NCBI GenBank assembly: GCA_032718475.1
Contig: JAUCBJ010004543.1
Coordinates: 69,274 to 133,273, forward strand
DNA: 64,000 nucleotides
Source of the DNA: Nemertoderma westbladi
Taxonomy: Eukaryota; Animalia; Xenacoelomorpha
Direction: 5' to 3'
This document shows, one piece after another, positions 41,601-51,659 of the stretch. The position numbers and the translations under genes are program-made. The stretch's first letter is position 1, and every line of letters begins with the position of its first letter. The notes under the pieces are model-generated. The model was given only the letters and a program-made list of their open reading frames with translations, was not told the origin of the DNA and searched no databases.

Positions 41601-44600
41601 TGTACCTGGGGGGGGGTCTTGGGTCTGTGTTTTGTACACAACCGTTTTTTGTAGGTTATCCGGAACGTACGATAGAGTTACATGTTGAAGATATAAATTG
41701 TTTGTTTCAGTTTGGAGACAACCAGCAGAAACGTTTAGTGCGGGTTTTACGGTCTACCGTTATGGTTCGTGTCGGGGGTGGATGGATGACCCTGGATGAG
41801 TTCCTAGTAAAGAACGACCCTTGTAGAGGTGAGTCACGCCCCTCATTAACAACCTCAGCCACCACTAAGTAAATAATTTTTGCTACAGAATTTTAGTAAA
41901 TTCGCAATTTTTTCAGGGTTTCATTAATTCTGTCCATTCATTCATCAGGTTGTCGTTAATCATTTTACCATCAGCGCAACAGTGAGTTCGATTGTATTTG
42001 CGAGTTTAATTATAATATAACTTACAGGCGTCATCATAATTTAAGCATGGACTTAGTATGTTTGTATTAATTAAATTAAAAATAACGTCAAACTACGTAA
42101 TAACTGAGTTTAACTGACGTTTAACTGAGAACAGTCTTGCACGGCTCGGTGACAGTTGGATCTAACTGACACCCATTGGGTGTCATATGACACTCATTAT
42201 CACCCTATGGGTGTCCTTGTGTGTCATATGACATCCAATTATCACCCTAGGGGTGTCCTTGGCGTATTAGGTTAGACTAATTAGACCATAATTCGAAGGT
42301 GTCATCAATTAATTAGTTTATTAATTAATTAATAGTTAATTAATAAATTAATTAAAATGACGTCATAATGGGCGAGCAGTAACGGAGTTTTGCGATACAA
42401 TATATTGGTTATTAGAAATTGAACTAAATTGAAAATAAAAACGATATAATAAAAACAATACAAATAAATAAATAAAAATAAATACAATTAAATTAATAAC
42501 AACAAATAATAGGGACGAGGTGTCATATAAGGCTACGAGGCTATATACGAGGCTTCTTTGCACGACTCCGTGACAGTTGGACCTCACTGATGACCCATTG
42601 GGTGTCAGGGCGCTAATCGGTCTAATTAATTAGGATAATCAATTAGACCTCCATGAGGAGTCATAAGAGACACCAATTAGGGTTTAATTGTACTAATTAA
42701 GTGATGACACCTGCCAATTAGGGTCTAATTAGCCTAATTAACAGGTGTCACCCAGACAGTCTGACGCCAATGACACCCAATGACACCCATAGCGTGATAA
42801 TTGGGTGTCATATTATGATACCCAATGACACCCATAGGGCGATAATGGGTGTCATATGACACCCAATGGGTGTCAGTTAGGTCCAACTGTCGCCGAGCAA
42901 GACTGTACTATTTTGATTGACTCTCCATTAGACGGAATGGTATTGGCAGTGCGGAGTCCGTACCGGTATAGACCGCCGGGTGGCGTATCTCGCAGTTCTA
43001 TAACGTCCTATTCCGGTTCCACTACTCCCAATACTCCATTACGTATCCATAGTAACCAACTGCTAGCCCCTAAACCCCGACCGAATAACCAACTCCTACC
43101 CCCTAAACATAGACCCGGTCAAGGTAATAATATAAGTCTATCCCGTCTTACTGCCTCTTTGGTTGTTGGAGTTACAGCGTTCTGGTGGTTGCTATAGTAA
43201 CCTGGTGCTAGCTTTCTACAATACGTCTCATTTTTATATTTATAACAGTATTTTAATGGTGATAAGGATTTGTTGTTATGGGTCTATTTCTATAACTAAT
43301 CACTTTATTTTATTTTGACACAATCAGTGATGCGTTGGTTGCCGTTGTATCTGAGGTAACTCATAGCAACGATGCATGATTTATCTGTATAGTATATGAA
43401 TGTAGTTGCCATAGCTACTATATGCATGACATATACTTAGTACCTATTTATACGCATGAAGCAGCGCCAAACATATTGAAAATCAGCTCCTCTCCGCATG
43501 TATCTTGTAAATCTCCCTCCAAAAATCAAAACTATTTTATTATATATATGTATTTTCGCATTCAATGTTTATTAGTTAACTTGAATCCGCGTTTACACCC
43601 CTTTCCGGATCCAGTAACACTTTGTAATTAACCTGAATCCATGTTTTACACCCCTTCCCGGATACAGTTACACTTTTTAATTAACTTGAATCCATATTTT
43701 ACACCCCTTTCCGGATACAGTTACACTTTTTAATTAACTTGAATCCATGTTTTACACCCCTTTCCGGATACAGTAACTCTTGGTAATTAACTTGAATCCA
43801 TGTTTTACACCACTTCCCGGATCCAGTAACTCTTGGTAATTAACGTGAATCCGCGTTTTACACCCCTTCCCGGATACAGTAACACTTTGTAATTAACGTG
43901 AATCCGCGTTTTACACCCCTTCCCGGATACAGTAACACTTTGTAATTAACGTGAATCCGCGTTTTACACCCCTTCCCGGATCCAATAAAACTTGGTAATT
44001 AACTTGAATCCATGTTTTCACCCCTTCCCGGATCCAGTAACACTTTGTAATTAACTTGAATCAGCGTTTTACACCCCTTCCCGGATACAGTAACACTTTG
44101 TAATTAACGTGAATCCGCGTTTTACACCCCTTCCCGGATCCAGTAACAGTTTGTAATTAAATTGAATCTGCGTTTTACACCCCTTCCCGGATACAGTAAC
44201 TCTTGGTAATTAACTTGCATCCGTGTTTTCACCCCTTCCCGGATCCAGTAACACTTTGTAATTAACTTGAATCAGCGTTTTACACCCCTTCCCGGATACA
44301 GTAACACTTTGTAATTAACGTGAATCCGCGTTTTACACCCCTTCCCGGATACAGTAACACTTTGTAATTAACTTGAATCAGCGTTTTACACCCCTTCCCG
44401 GATACAGTAACACTTTGTAATTAACGTGAATCCGCGTTTTACACCCCTTCCCGGATCCAGTAACACTTTGTAATTAACTTGAATCAGCGTTTTACACCCC
44501 TTCCCGGATACAGTAACACTTTGTAATTAACTTGAATCAGCGTTTTACACCCCTTCCCGGATACAGTAACACTTTGTAATTAACGTGAATCCGCGTTTTA

Positions 44601-47600
44601 CACCCCTTCCCGGATCCAGTAACACTTTGTAATTAACTTGAATCAGCGTTTTACACCCCTTCCCGGATCCAGTAACACTTTGTAATTAACTTGAATCAGC
44701 GTTTTACACCCCTTCCCGGATACAGTAACACTTTGTAATTAACTTGAATCAGCGTTTTACACCCCTTCCCGGATACAGTAACACTTTGTAATTAACGTGA
44801 ATCCGCGTTTTACACCCCTTCCCGGATCCAGTAACACTTTGTAATTAACTTGAATCAGCGTTTTACACCCCTTCCCGGATCCAGTAACACTTTGTAATTA
44901 AATTGAATCTGCGTTTTACACCCCTTCTCGGATCCAGTAACTCTTTGTAATTAACTTGAATCCGCGTTTTACACCCCTTCCCGGATACGGTAACACTTCG
45001 TAATTAACTTGAATCAGCGTTTTACACCCCTTCCCGGATACAGTAACACTTTGTAATTAACGTGAATCCGCGTTTTACACCCCTTCCCGGATCCAGTAAC
45101 ACTTTGTAATTAACTCGAATCAGCGTTTTACACCCCTTCCCGGATACAGTAACACTTTGTAATTAACGTGAATCCGCGTTTTACACCCCTTCCCGGATCC
45201 AGTAACTCTTGGTAATTAACTTGCATCCGTGTTTTACACCCCTTCCCGGATCCAGTAACACTTGTAATTAACTTGAATCCATGTTTTACACCCCTTCCCG
45301 GATCCAGTAACTCTTTGTAATTAACTTGAATCCGCGTTTTACACCCCTTCCCGGATACGGTAACACTTCGTAATTAACTTAATCCACGTTTTACACCCCT
45401 TCCCGGATACAGTAACACTTTGTAATTAACTTGAATCCGCGTTTTACACCCATTCACGGATCCAGTAACACTTTGTAATTAACTTGAATCCGCGTTTTAC
45501 ACCCCTTCACGGATCCAGTAACACTTTGTAATTATATTGAATCCGCGTTTTACACCCCTTCCCGGATACAGTAACTCTTTGTAATTAACTTGAATCCGCG
45601 TTTTACACCCCTTCCCGGATACAGTAACACTTCGTAATTAACTTGAATTCGCGTTTTACACTCCTTCCCGGATACGTAACACTTTGTAATTAACTTGAAT
45701 CCGCGATTTACACCCCTTCCCGGATACAGTAACTCTTGGTAATTAACTTGAATCCGTGTTTTATACCCCTTCCCGGATCCCGTAACACTTTATAATTAAC
45801 TTGAATCCGCGTTTTACACCCCTTCCCGGATACAGTAACACTTTATAATTATCTTAGTCCGCGTTTTACACCCCTTCCCGGATCCCGTAACACTTTATAA
45901 TTAACTTGAATCCGCGTTTTACACCCCTTCCCGGATACAGTAATTCTTGGTAATTAACTTGAATCCGTGTTTTACACCCCTTCCCGGATCCCGTAACACT
46001 TTATAATTAACTTGAATCCGCGTTTTACACGCCATCCCGGATTCACAAAATATATGAATCCGCGTTTTACACTCAGTTACGGATTGCATGTAATTCCGGA
46101 TCCGCCTTTACACTCGATGATCCGGATCCTCATCCGTATCCGGATCCGGATCCGCGTTTTACACCTACCCTGATTTTGGTAAGCTATTGGTAGTTAACTA
46201 GATCGATCTCTAGGTTCTATTTTTATTTTTGCATGGTTTTTGTATTGTATGTATTTCATGTTTAAAAATGTATGTATTTCGACACAACTATATAGACTTT
46301 CCTAATTTAGTGCTTCTAAATGTTATTCCCTTGTATATTCATTTTATATTGTCTTACTTAACATAATTAATTAAGTTAATATTGTAAGTTAATTGAGGGG
46401 GGAAGGGGGGGGGGGGGGGGGTGGGTTGTCTAATTGGTGTTAACAAACATAATGTAATATATTGATTACATTATAAGCTAAGATTTTATTAAACTTTCTA
46501 AGCAGATAACGTTCGTAAATATTATTCTCAGGAATATCTTACTAACAAGCACAACAAATAAATGTGCTATTTTGTTGGGTTTTTTTTACTAGTTTCTCTG
46601 TTTCCCGCAAACCATAAACTAGATTCATGTTAATTACAAAGTAACAGCTACAAGTTTGTTTGTGAAGTGTTTACTTTACGCTTAAGATTTGATTTGGCTT
46701 CCCCAAATTAACTACCCTTTAAGTGGTAGTATTGGTATTCAGTCTCGAAAAAAAACAATTTTTAACGGGGGTTACGTGACCCAATTTTAATACTATTTTT
46801 CTAAGGTCACGGTAATTTTTCAAACAGATTATTATTTTAATACATACATAGCTTTGTATTTTATTTTTGTTTATTTAGCGCGTGGTCGAACTAACATGGA
46901 GCTGAGAGAACAGTTCATGTTGCCTGAAGGTGCGAAGCAGTCGATGAGAACATTCAGAACTAAACCCGTAGTCGATTCTGGTAGTCTTAGTAGTTCCTCT
47001 GGTCATCTTAGTTCCCAAAGTCAACCGCAGCAAATATACAAAGTAAGTACATATTAGTTCCCAAAGTCAATCGCAGCAAATATACAAAGTAAGTACATAT
47101 TAGTTCCCAAAGTCAACCGTAGCAAATATACAAAGTAAGTACATATTAGTTCCCAAAGTCAATCGCAGCAAATATACAAAGTAAGTACATATTAGTTCCC
47201 AAAGTCAATCGCAGCAAATATACAAAGTAAGTACATATTAGTTCCCAAAGTCAACCGCAGCAAATATACAAAGTAAGTACATATTAGTTCCCAAAGTCAA
47301 CCCCAGCAAATATACAAAGTAAGTACATATTATTTCCCCAGGTCAATCGCAGCAAATATACAAAGTAAGTACATATTAGTTCCCAAAGTCAATCGCAGCA
47401 AATATACAAAGTAAGTACATATTAGTTCCCAAAGTCAATCGTAGCAAATATACAAAGTAAGTACATATTAGTTCCCAAAGTCAATCGCAGCAAATATACA
47501 AAGTAAGTACATATTAGTTCCCAAAGTCAATCGTAGCAAATATACAAAGTAAGTACATATTAGTTCCCAAAGTCAATCGCAGCAAATATACAAAGTAAGT

Positions 47601-50600
47601 ACATATTAGTTCCCAAATTCAATCGCAGCAAATATACAAAGTAAGTACATATTAGTTCCCAAACTCAACCGCGACAAATATACAAAGTAAGTACATATTA
47701 GTTCCCAAAGTCAATCGCAGCAAATATACAAAGTAAGTACATATTAGTTCCTAAAGTCAATCGCAGCAAATATACAAAGTAAGTACATATTAGTTCCCAA
47801 AGTCAACCGCAGCAAATATAGAAAGTAAGTACATATTAGTTCCCAAAGTCAATCGCAGCAAATATACAAAGTAAGTACATATTAGTTCCCAAAGTCAACC
47901 GCAGCAAATATACAAAGTAAGTACATATTAGTTCCCAAAGTCAATCGCAGCAAATATACAAAGTAAGTACATATTAGTTCCCAAAGTCAACCGCAGCAAA
48001 TATACAAAGTAAGTACATATTAGTTCCCAAAGTCAACCCCAGCAAATATACAAAGTAAGTACATATTAGTTCCCAAAGTCAACCGCAGCAAAAATACAAA
48101 GTAAGTACATATTAGTTCCCAAAGTCAATCGCAGCAAATATACAAAGTAAGTACATATTAGTTCCCAAAGTCAACCGCAGCAGATATACAAAGTAAGTAC
48201 ATATTACATACAAAGTCGACCGCAGCAAATATACAAAGTAAGTACATATTAGTTCACAAAATCAATCGCAGCAAATATACAAAGTAAGTACATATTAGTT
48301 CCCAAAGTCAATCGCAGCAAATATACAAAGTAAGTACATATTAGTTCCCAAAGTCAACCGCAGCAGATATACAAAGTAAGTACATATTACATACAAAGTC
48401 GACCGCAGCAAATATACAAAGTAAGTACATATTAGTTCACAAAATCAATCGCAGCAAATATACAAAGTAAGTACATATTAGTTCCCAAAGTCAATCGCAG
48501 CAAATATACAAAGTAAGTACATATTAGTTCCCAAAGTCAATCGCAGCAAATATACAAAGTAAGTACATATTAGTTCCCAAAGTCAATCGGAGCAAATATA
48601 CAAAGAAAGTACATATTAGTTCCCAATGTCGACCGCAGCAAATATACAAAGTAAGTACATATTAGTTCCCAAAGTCAATCGCTGCAAATATACAAAGTAA
48701 GTACATATTAGTTCCCAAAGTCAATCGCAGCAAATATACAAAGTAAGTACATATTAGTTCCCAAAGTCAATCGCAGCAAATATACAAAGTAAGTACATAT
48801 TAGTTCCCAAAGTCAATCGCAGCAAATATACAAAGTAAGTACATATTAGTTCCCAAAGTCAATCGGAGCAAATATACAAAGAAAGTACATATTAGTTCCC
48901 AAAGTCGACCGCGACAAATATACAAAGTAAGTACATATTAGTTCCCAAAGTCAACCGCAGCAAATATACAAAGTAAGTATATTAGTTCCCAAAGTCAACC
49001 GCAGCAAATATACAAAGTAAGTACATATTAGTTCCCAAAGTCAACCGCAGCAAATATACAAAGTAAGTACATATTAGTTCCCAAAGTCAATCGCAGCAAA
49101 TATACAAAGTAAGTACATATTAGTTCCCAAAGTCAATCGCAGCAAATATACAAAGTAAGTACATATTAGTTCCCAAAGTCAATCGTAGCAAATATACAAA
49201 GTAAGTACATATTAGTTCCCAAAGTCGACCGCAGCAAATATACAAAGTAAGTACATATTAGTTCCCAAAGTCAATCGTAGCAAATATACAAAGAAAGTAC
49301 ATATTAGTTCCCAAAGTTGACCGCAGCAAATATACAAAGTAAGTACATATTAGTTCACAAAATCAATCGCAGCAAATATACAAAGTAAGTACATATTAGT
49401 TCCCAAAGTCAATCGCAGCAAATATACAAAGTAAGTACATATTAGTTCCCAAAGTCAATCGCAGCAAATATACAAAGTAAGTACATATTAGTTCCCAAAG
49501 TCAATCGGAGCAAATATACAAAGAAAGTACATATTAGTTCCCAAAGTCGACCGCAGCAAATATACAAAGTAAGTACATATTAGTTCCCAAAGTCAATCGC
49601 TGCAAATATACAAAGTAAGTACATATTAGTTCCCAAAGTCAATCGCAGCAAATATACAAAATAAGTACATATTAGTTCCCAACGTCAACCGCAGCAAATA
49701 TACAAAATAAGTACATATTAGTTCCCAAAGTCAACCCCAGCAAATATACAAAGTAAGTACATATTAGTTCCAAAGGTCAACCGCAATAAAGATACAAAGT
49801 AAGTACATATTAGTTCCAAAAGTCGACCGCAGCAAATATACAAAGTAAGTACATATTAGTTCCAAAGGGCAACCGCAATAAAGATACAAGGTAAGTACAT
49901 ATTAGTTCCAAAGGTCAACCGCAATAAAGATACAAAGTAAGTACATATTAGTTCCCAATGTCAACCGCAGCAAATATACAAAGTAAGTACATATTAGTTC
50001 CCAAACTCAACCGCGACAAATATACAAAGTAAGTACATATTAGTTCCCAAAGTCAATCGTAGCAAATATACAAAGTAAGTACATATTAGTTCCCAAACTC
50101 AACCGCGACAAATATACAAAGTAAGTACATATTAGTTCCCAATGTCAACCGCAGCAAATATACAAAGTAAGTACATATTAGTTCCCAAACTCAACCGCGA
50201 CAAATATACAAAGTAAGTAATATTAGTTCCCAAGGTCAACCGCAATAAAGATACAAAGTAAGTACATATTAGTTCCAAAAGTCGACCGCAGCAAATATAC
50301 AAAGTAAGTACATATTAGTTCCCAAAGTCAATCGCAGCAAATATACAAAGTAAGTACATATTAGTTCCAAAGGTCAACCGCAATAAAGATACAAAGTAAG
50401 TACATATTAGTTCCCAAACTCAACCGCGACAAATATACAAAGTAAGTACATATTAGTTCCCAATGTCAACCGCAGCAAATATACAAAGTAAGTACATATT
50501 AGTTCCCAAACTCAACCGCGACAAATATACAAAGTAAGTACATAGTTCCCAAAGTCAATGAATACAGCTAAAAGATTCTTAATACACCAATTTTAGAACA

Positions 50601-51160
50601 TATTATACGATTAATTTTAATTTGTTTACTGATATTATTCTTCAACAACTATGTACCCACTCCACTATACCTACTTTATCGTTCTTTATGTTTTTCAGCC
50701 CCGCCGTGGTACTATAACCCGCTCCAGTGTCAGTCACAATGTTACCACCGGTTCAGACTCAGCTCTAAACACCACCGGTACCGCACCAAAACTTCAGCGC
50801 GCGGTGGCACCAAGCAGCAGTGACACCTCGGTGACCAGCAGCACCAAGGAGTTGGCGGGTCGGCTCTCTACCGAAGTGTCCACTCGTCGAGTGTCTAGCT
50901 ACACCCGGGGGAGCCACACTCCCTGTCAGACTCACTCCAGTATAGTTCGGGGACACCACACCGCAGTGTCGCTGGCTGCTAAGGACGCCGCAACCAAAGA
51001 GACAGTAACCAAGCAACCGAGTAAACGACGAGTCTCAGCGCCACCTAGTGAATCTCCCGCGTCATCGGGCCTACCGTCCCCCAGTGGCAGTGGGATTCCG
51101 CGAGCAGTGATTGGCAGTAAAAGCAAAACTGACACAAAGAAAAAGGAATGGAGGAGATGA
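2..51160 (+). CDS. MACF1: Spectraplakin (MACF1/dystonin/short stop-like), 5'-partial multi-exon CDS
   Basis: Domain order is plectin repeats, spectrin repeats, EF-hands, GAR, S/R-rich tail. Hand-traced GT-AG exons, all phase-consistent: 2-8669, 8808-8977, 9122-9355, 9537-9683, 10114-10351, 10544-10821, 11389-11607, 11828-11995, 14318-17213, 17714-17844, 18364-18505, 18640-18797, 19334-19546, 19807-19971, 20194-20440, 20615-20841, 21378-21710, 22094-22279, 22378-22503, 22632-22838, 22988-23253, 24958-25144, 25566-25778, 26430-26652, 26788-27014, 27118-27342, 27520-27695, 28082-28208, 28343-28624, 29494-29667, 29820-29950, 30315-30510, 30634-30840, 31030-31182, 36325-36624, 37111-37283, 37422-37596, 37753-37873, 38338-38513, 38646-38881, 39308-39524, 39630-39816, 40395-40627, 41711-41828, 46879-47042, 50699-51160. 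The symbol is family-level (co-ortholog of MACF1/DST, fly shot). Confidence 0.93.
8333..8601 (+). repeat. Coding tandem repeat, 102-bp (34-aa) unit, ~2.6 copies
   Basis: [34 protein letters not shown] units start at 8333, 8435 and 8537 and are nearly identical at DNA level. Confidence 0.95.
8808..11995 (+). CDS. Spectraplakin spectrin-repeat exons (7 exons)
   Basis: Helical heptads with LxxW(I/L) motifs ([10 protein letters not shown]); canonical splice sites with consistent phases. Confidence 0.85.
10835..10940. repeat. 36-bp tandem repeat x3, each with a perfect 22-bp palindrome
   Basis: CTAACTCAATATATTGAGTTAG at 10840, 10876 and 10912, just after the donor at 10822. Confidence 0.9.
12731..13228 (+). 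CDS. Candidate alternative first exon; contains a LINE ORF1-like (RRM-like) segment
   Basis: GC-rich ATG-initiated ORF in an AT-rich intron. GCA|GTGAGT donor at 13229 is phase 0, matching the acceptors at 13447 and 14317. The string FYLTS...AIEKY...SFLI...[15 protein letters not shown] resembles the end of CR1/L2/Jockey ORF1. Confidence 0.45.
13448..13549 (+). CDS. Candidate 102-nt symmetric (phase 0-0) alternative exon
   Basis: TACAG| acceptor and CAG|GTATAC donor enclose the open frame [34 protein letters not shown]. Confidence 0.35.
13565..13640 (+). mobile_element. tRNA-derived SINE head / tRNA-like pseudogene
   Basis: A-box-like TAGCGGAAAGG, CTTCCAA loop and B-box GTTCGATCC; the stems pair poorly. 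Confidence 0.55.
14318..17213 (+). CDS. Large spectrin-repeat exon (~965 codons)
   Basis: Recurrent spectrin repeat motifs ([36 protein letters not shown]). Acceptor at 14317 with an in-frame alternative AG at 14323; donor G|GTAAGT at 17214. Confidence 0.92.
17714..31182 (+). CDS. Spectraplakin spectrin-repeat exons (25 exons)
   Basis: Motifs [35 protein letters not shown] and [22 protein letters not shown] match MACF1/shot rod repeats; phases are consistent. Confidence 0.88.
17968..18256 (-). mobile_element. tRNA-derived SINE, full length
   Basis: Minus strand has A-box TGGTGTAGTGG, B-box GGTTCGATCC, central CTTGCATCC...GCTAAATGAGTAC and a (TTTAC)n tail. Flanked by TGGGACG at 17961-17967 and 18257-18263, a possible TSD. 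Confidence 0.75.
20955..21035 (+). mobile_element. Degenerate tRNA-derived SINE head
   Basis: TAGTTAGGTTGTTAGAGTGTCGGTTTTCCAGCCGG...GTTCGAGCCC has the same layout as the head at 13565. Confidence 0.45.
23254..24850. repeat. Intronic 30-bp minisatellite, ~53 copies
   Basis: Unit GTTGGGTGTAACATAAAGTA(TA/CC)GGTTACTA begins at the donor (23254) and fills most of the intron. Confidence 0.95.
25215..25434 (-). mobile_element. tRNA-derived SINE with conserved central domain
   Basis: Minus strand reads GGGGTAGCTCAGTTGGTTGAGCG...GGTTCAGCCCC, then TCAGCCTTTCATCCACTGGGGTCGATAAAATGAGTACCAG, a motif known from widespread animal SINE central domains. Confidence 0.8.
27824..28062 (+). mobile_element. tRNA-derived SINE with conserved central domain
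   Basis: A-box TGGTCTAGTGG, degenerate B-box GGTACGATCCC and central GGCTTTCATCCTTGACTGGTCGATAAATGGGAAC. Confidence 0.7.
28851..28970. repeat. Imperfect inverted repeat, probable non-autonomous DNA element remnant
   Basis: AAATAAAGTTGTACTGTGTTTCAC ... GTGAAATACAGTTACTTTATTT flanks the semi-palindromic core CCACGGACGAGCTAAACGAGTGAGTG. Confidence 0.4.
31723..33990 (+). repeat. ~197-bp tandem triplication upstream of the transposase; copy 1 is split by a MITE
   Basis: CAGTATTTCGAAGATTGTTTCAGTTAGTGCTC... starts at 31723, 33693 and 33890. Confidence 0.9.
31837..33611. mobile_element. Non-autonomous TIR element nested in the piggyBac, CCC...GGG ends, 2-bp TSD (animal EnSpm/CMC-like)
   Basis: TIR CCCAGTAAAAAATCC / GGATTTTTTACTGGG with TSD AG. 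The empty site GTACAGTAGTATAG survives in the neighbouring repeat copy. Both arms carry TACGAATG-type subterminal repeats. Confidence 0.85.
33927..35300 (+). CDS. piggyBac (PGBD-like) transposase with in-frame internal deletion
   Basis: Acidic N-terminus, [63 protein letters not shown], and a C-terminal Cys-rich domain (RCRQC...CMKCLVFLC...CFVEYH). The central DE and DNxF catalytic motifs are absent. Confidence 0.9.
   Translation: MPFSCIVRKVQLSVWQYFTMPMDGDVIHRQTRRGVSEIQLVVLPDADVSDPDNCSDDGEDFPGFVESSSDSDSSLGEEEFHGFDIPVVVGMEATPQKQPAKPCKSSTGTGSSKYGSFKWRKEKKNKMGVLKPLVPCVPQWKGALGDKPDKVDEPIDYFKLYFTEEMINLISVESNLFAVQSLSKFRTSDEEMMKNEDDEERGRGSCDSKVDANSGLAIVRWVDNRVVQLASTHVSIAPVGQVKRWCKKERKKILVDQPAIVAEYNKAMGGTDLFDMLRSLYTCNHRCDKWYRRVFLWVLNVAVVNSWLHYRRSCNQLGIAVKKRYDLLRFTASVASSLILCDKAPPSLSRKRGRPGTATPPVSIDSPARSLGSIPSTPVSSSSPDPASARSRFHNPSLREPSMNIRKDVIAHFPTMVDVKCRLRCRQCKLKTQVKCMKCLVFLCIRPDRNCFVEYHC
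36325..39524 (+). CDS. Final spectrin-repeat exons and linker (7 exons)
   Basis: [46 protein letters not shown] and [26 protein letters not shown] match the end of the MACF1/DST rod. Confidence 0.92.
39630..40627 (+). CDS. Two EF-hand exons (39630-39816, 40395-40627) plus start of GAR domain
   Basis: [10 protein letters not shown]...[24 protein letters not shown]; [18 protein letters not shown]; [19 protein letters not shown]. Confidence 0.96.
39835..40394. repeat. 36-bp-based minisatellite filling the intron, most units containing TGACGTCA
   Basis: Unit GTTTGTGACGTCATCCCCCTCTCTGTCTCCCTTGTG; the last unit runs into the acceptor CAG at 40392-40394. Confidence 0.93.
40697..41643. mobile_element. 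MITE with 10-bp TSD (Mutator-like)
   Basis: TIR GGTTGTGTACAAAACACAGACCCAAGACCCC at both ends. TSD GTTTTTTGTA at 40687-40696 and 41644-41653. Both arms carry 23-bp subterminal tandem repeats. Confidence 0.88.
41711..41828 (+). CDS. GAS2/GAR microtubule-binding domain exon
   Basis: [39 protein letters not shown] is the diagnostic GAR signature. Confidence 0.98.
42132..42905. mobile_element. MITE with ~55-bp TIRs, CAGT...ACTG ends (Tc1/mariner-like)
   Basis: CAGTCTTGC(ACGGC)TCGGTGACAGTTGGATCTAACTGACACCCATTGGGTGTCATATGAC is inverted at 42851-42905. TA follows the right end but the left flank is AA. A third TIR-like copy lies near 42557. Confidence 0.8.
42932..43123 (+). CDS. Candidate 192-nt cassette exon (phase 1-1) after the GAR domain
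   Basis: CTCTCCATTAG| acceptor, CAAG|GTAAT donor, and an open S/R/P-rich frame ([26 protein letters not shown]) in phase with both flanking exons. Confidence 0.6.
43575..46170. repeat. 53-bp satellite, ~47 copies, ending in a TIR-like terminus
   Basis: Unit AATTAACTTGAATC(A/C)GCGTTTTACACCCCTTCCCGGAT(A/C)CAGTAACACTTTGT; the array ends GGATCCGCGTTTTACACCTACCC at 46170. Confidence 0.95.
46879..47042 (+). CDS. Post-GAR exon
   Basis: [27 protein letters not shown] matches the conserved GRTNxELRExF.LPEG.SQ.M..F motif of MACF1/DST/shot. Confidence 0.96.
47009..50558 (+). repeat. 46-bp satellite (~77 copies) made of the exon end plus 5' splice site
   Basis: Unit TAGTTCCCAAAGTCAA(C/T)CGCAGCAAATATACAAA|GTAAGTACATAT; GT positions at 47043, 47089, 47135 and onward. 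Confidence 0.97.
50699..51160 (+). CDS. Terminal exon, S/T/R-rich basic tail with SxIP-like motif
   Basis: TTTTTCAG| phase-0 acceptor; frame ends [24 protein letters not shown]. Confidence 0.85.
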   Translation, partial: PRRGTITRSSVSHNVTTGSDSALNTTGTAPKLQRAVAPSSSDTSVTSSTKELAGRLSTEVSTRRVSSYTRGSHTPCQTHSSIVRGHHTAVSLAAKDAATKETVTKQPSKRRVSAPPSESPASSGLPSPSGSGIPRAVIGSKSKTDTKKKEWRR

Positions 51161-51608
51161 CCAATAGCAATGCGGGGAAGTTTAGACTGAAACTGAAAGT
51201 ATTTTATAGTCGGCGTTGCTTCTCTTTTCTATCTCATTTACGTAATAGTTTTTGTTAGGAATTATTTTTGTTTACTTTACATGTTGTAACTTGGTGGTTG
51301 TTAATAATACCAGTAATGGTGCTGCATACATACATGAACGATCAATAGCAAACACAATTATTTACTATACTGTCCGTATATACAATCAATGGATAATTCC
51401 TACTATTAGAAATTTATGATTTGCTGCAGAATTTTAATGTTGAATTTAAATAATATTATTTAGTTTTCTTAGTTTACCTTATATTTCTATTCATCTTAAA
51501 TTTGTGCTCTAGATAAATGTTGCTTATACCTCTTTAGGAATTTATTATTTTCTTTCCAGGATCATTATACCTAAGAGTCTGGCTTTGCCGGTTATTATTT
51601 TTGCTTGT

Positions 51609-51659
51609 AATAAATATTTGTTTACTATTTTAAATGTTGTTGTATATTTATATAATAAA
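51609..51659 (+). terminator. Candidate polyadenylation signals
   Basis: AATAAA at 51609 and 51654, followed by T/GT-rich sequence about 450-500 nt after the stop. The AT-rich context makes this weak. Confidence 0.4.

Noticed and set aside
43575-50558. CRISPR-like arrays
   Set aside because: These are head-to-tail repeats with no unique spacers and no cas genes, in a eukaryotic intron.
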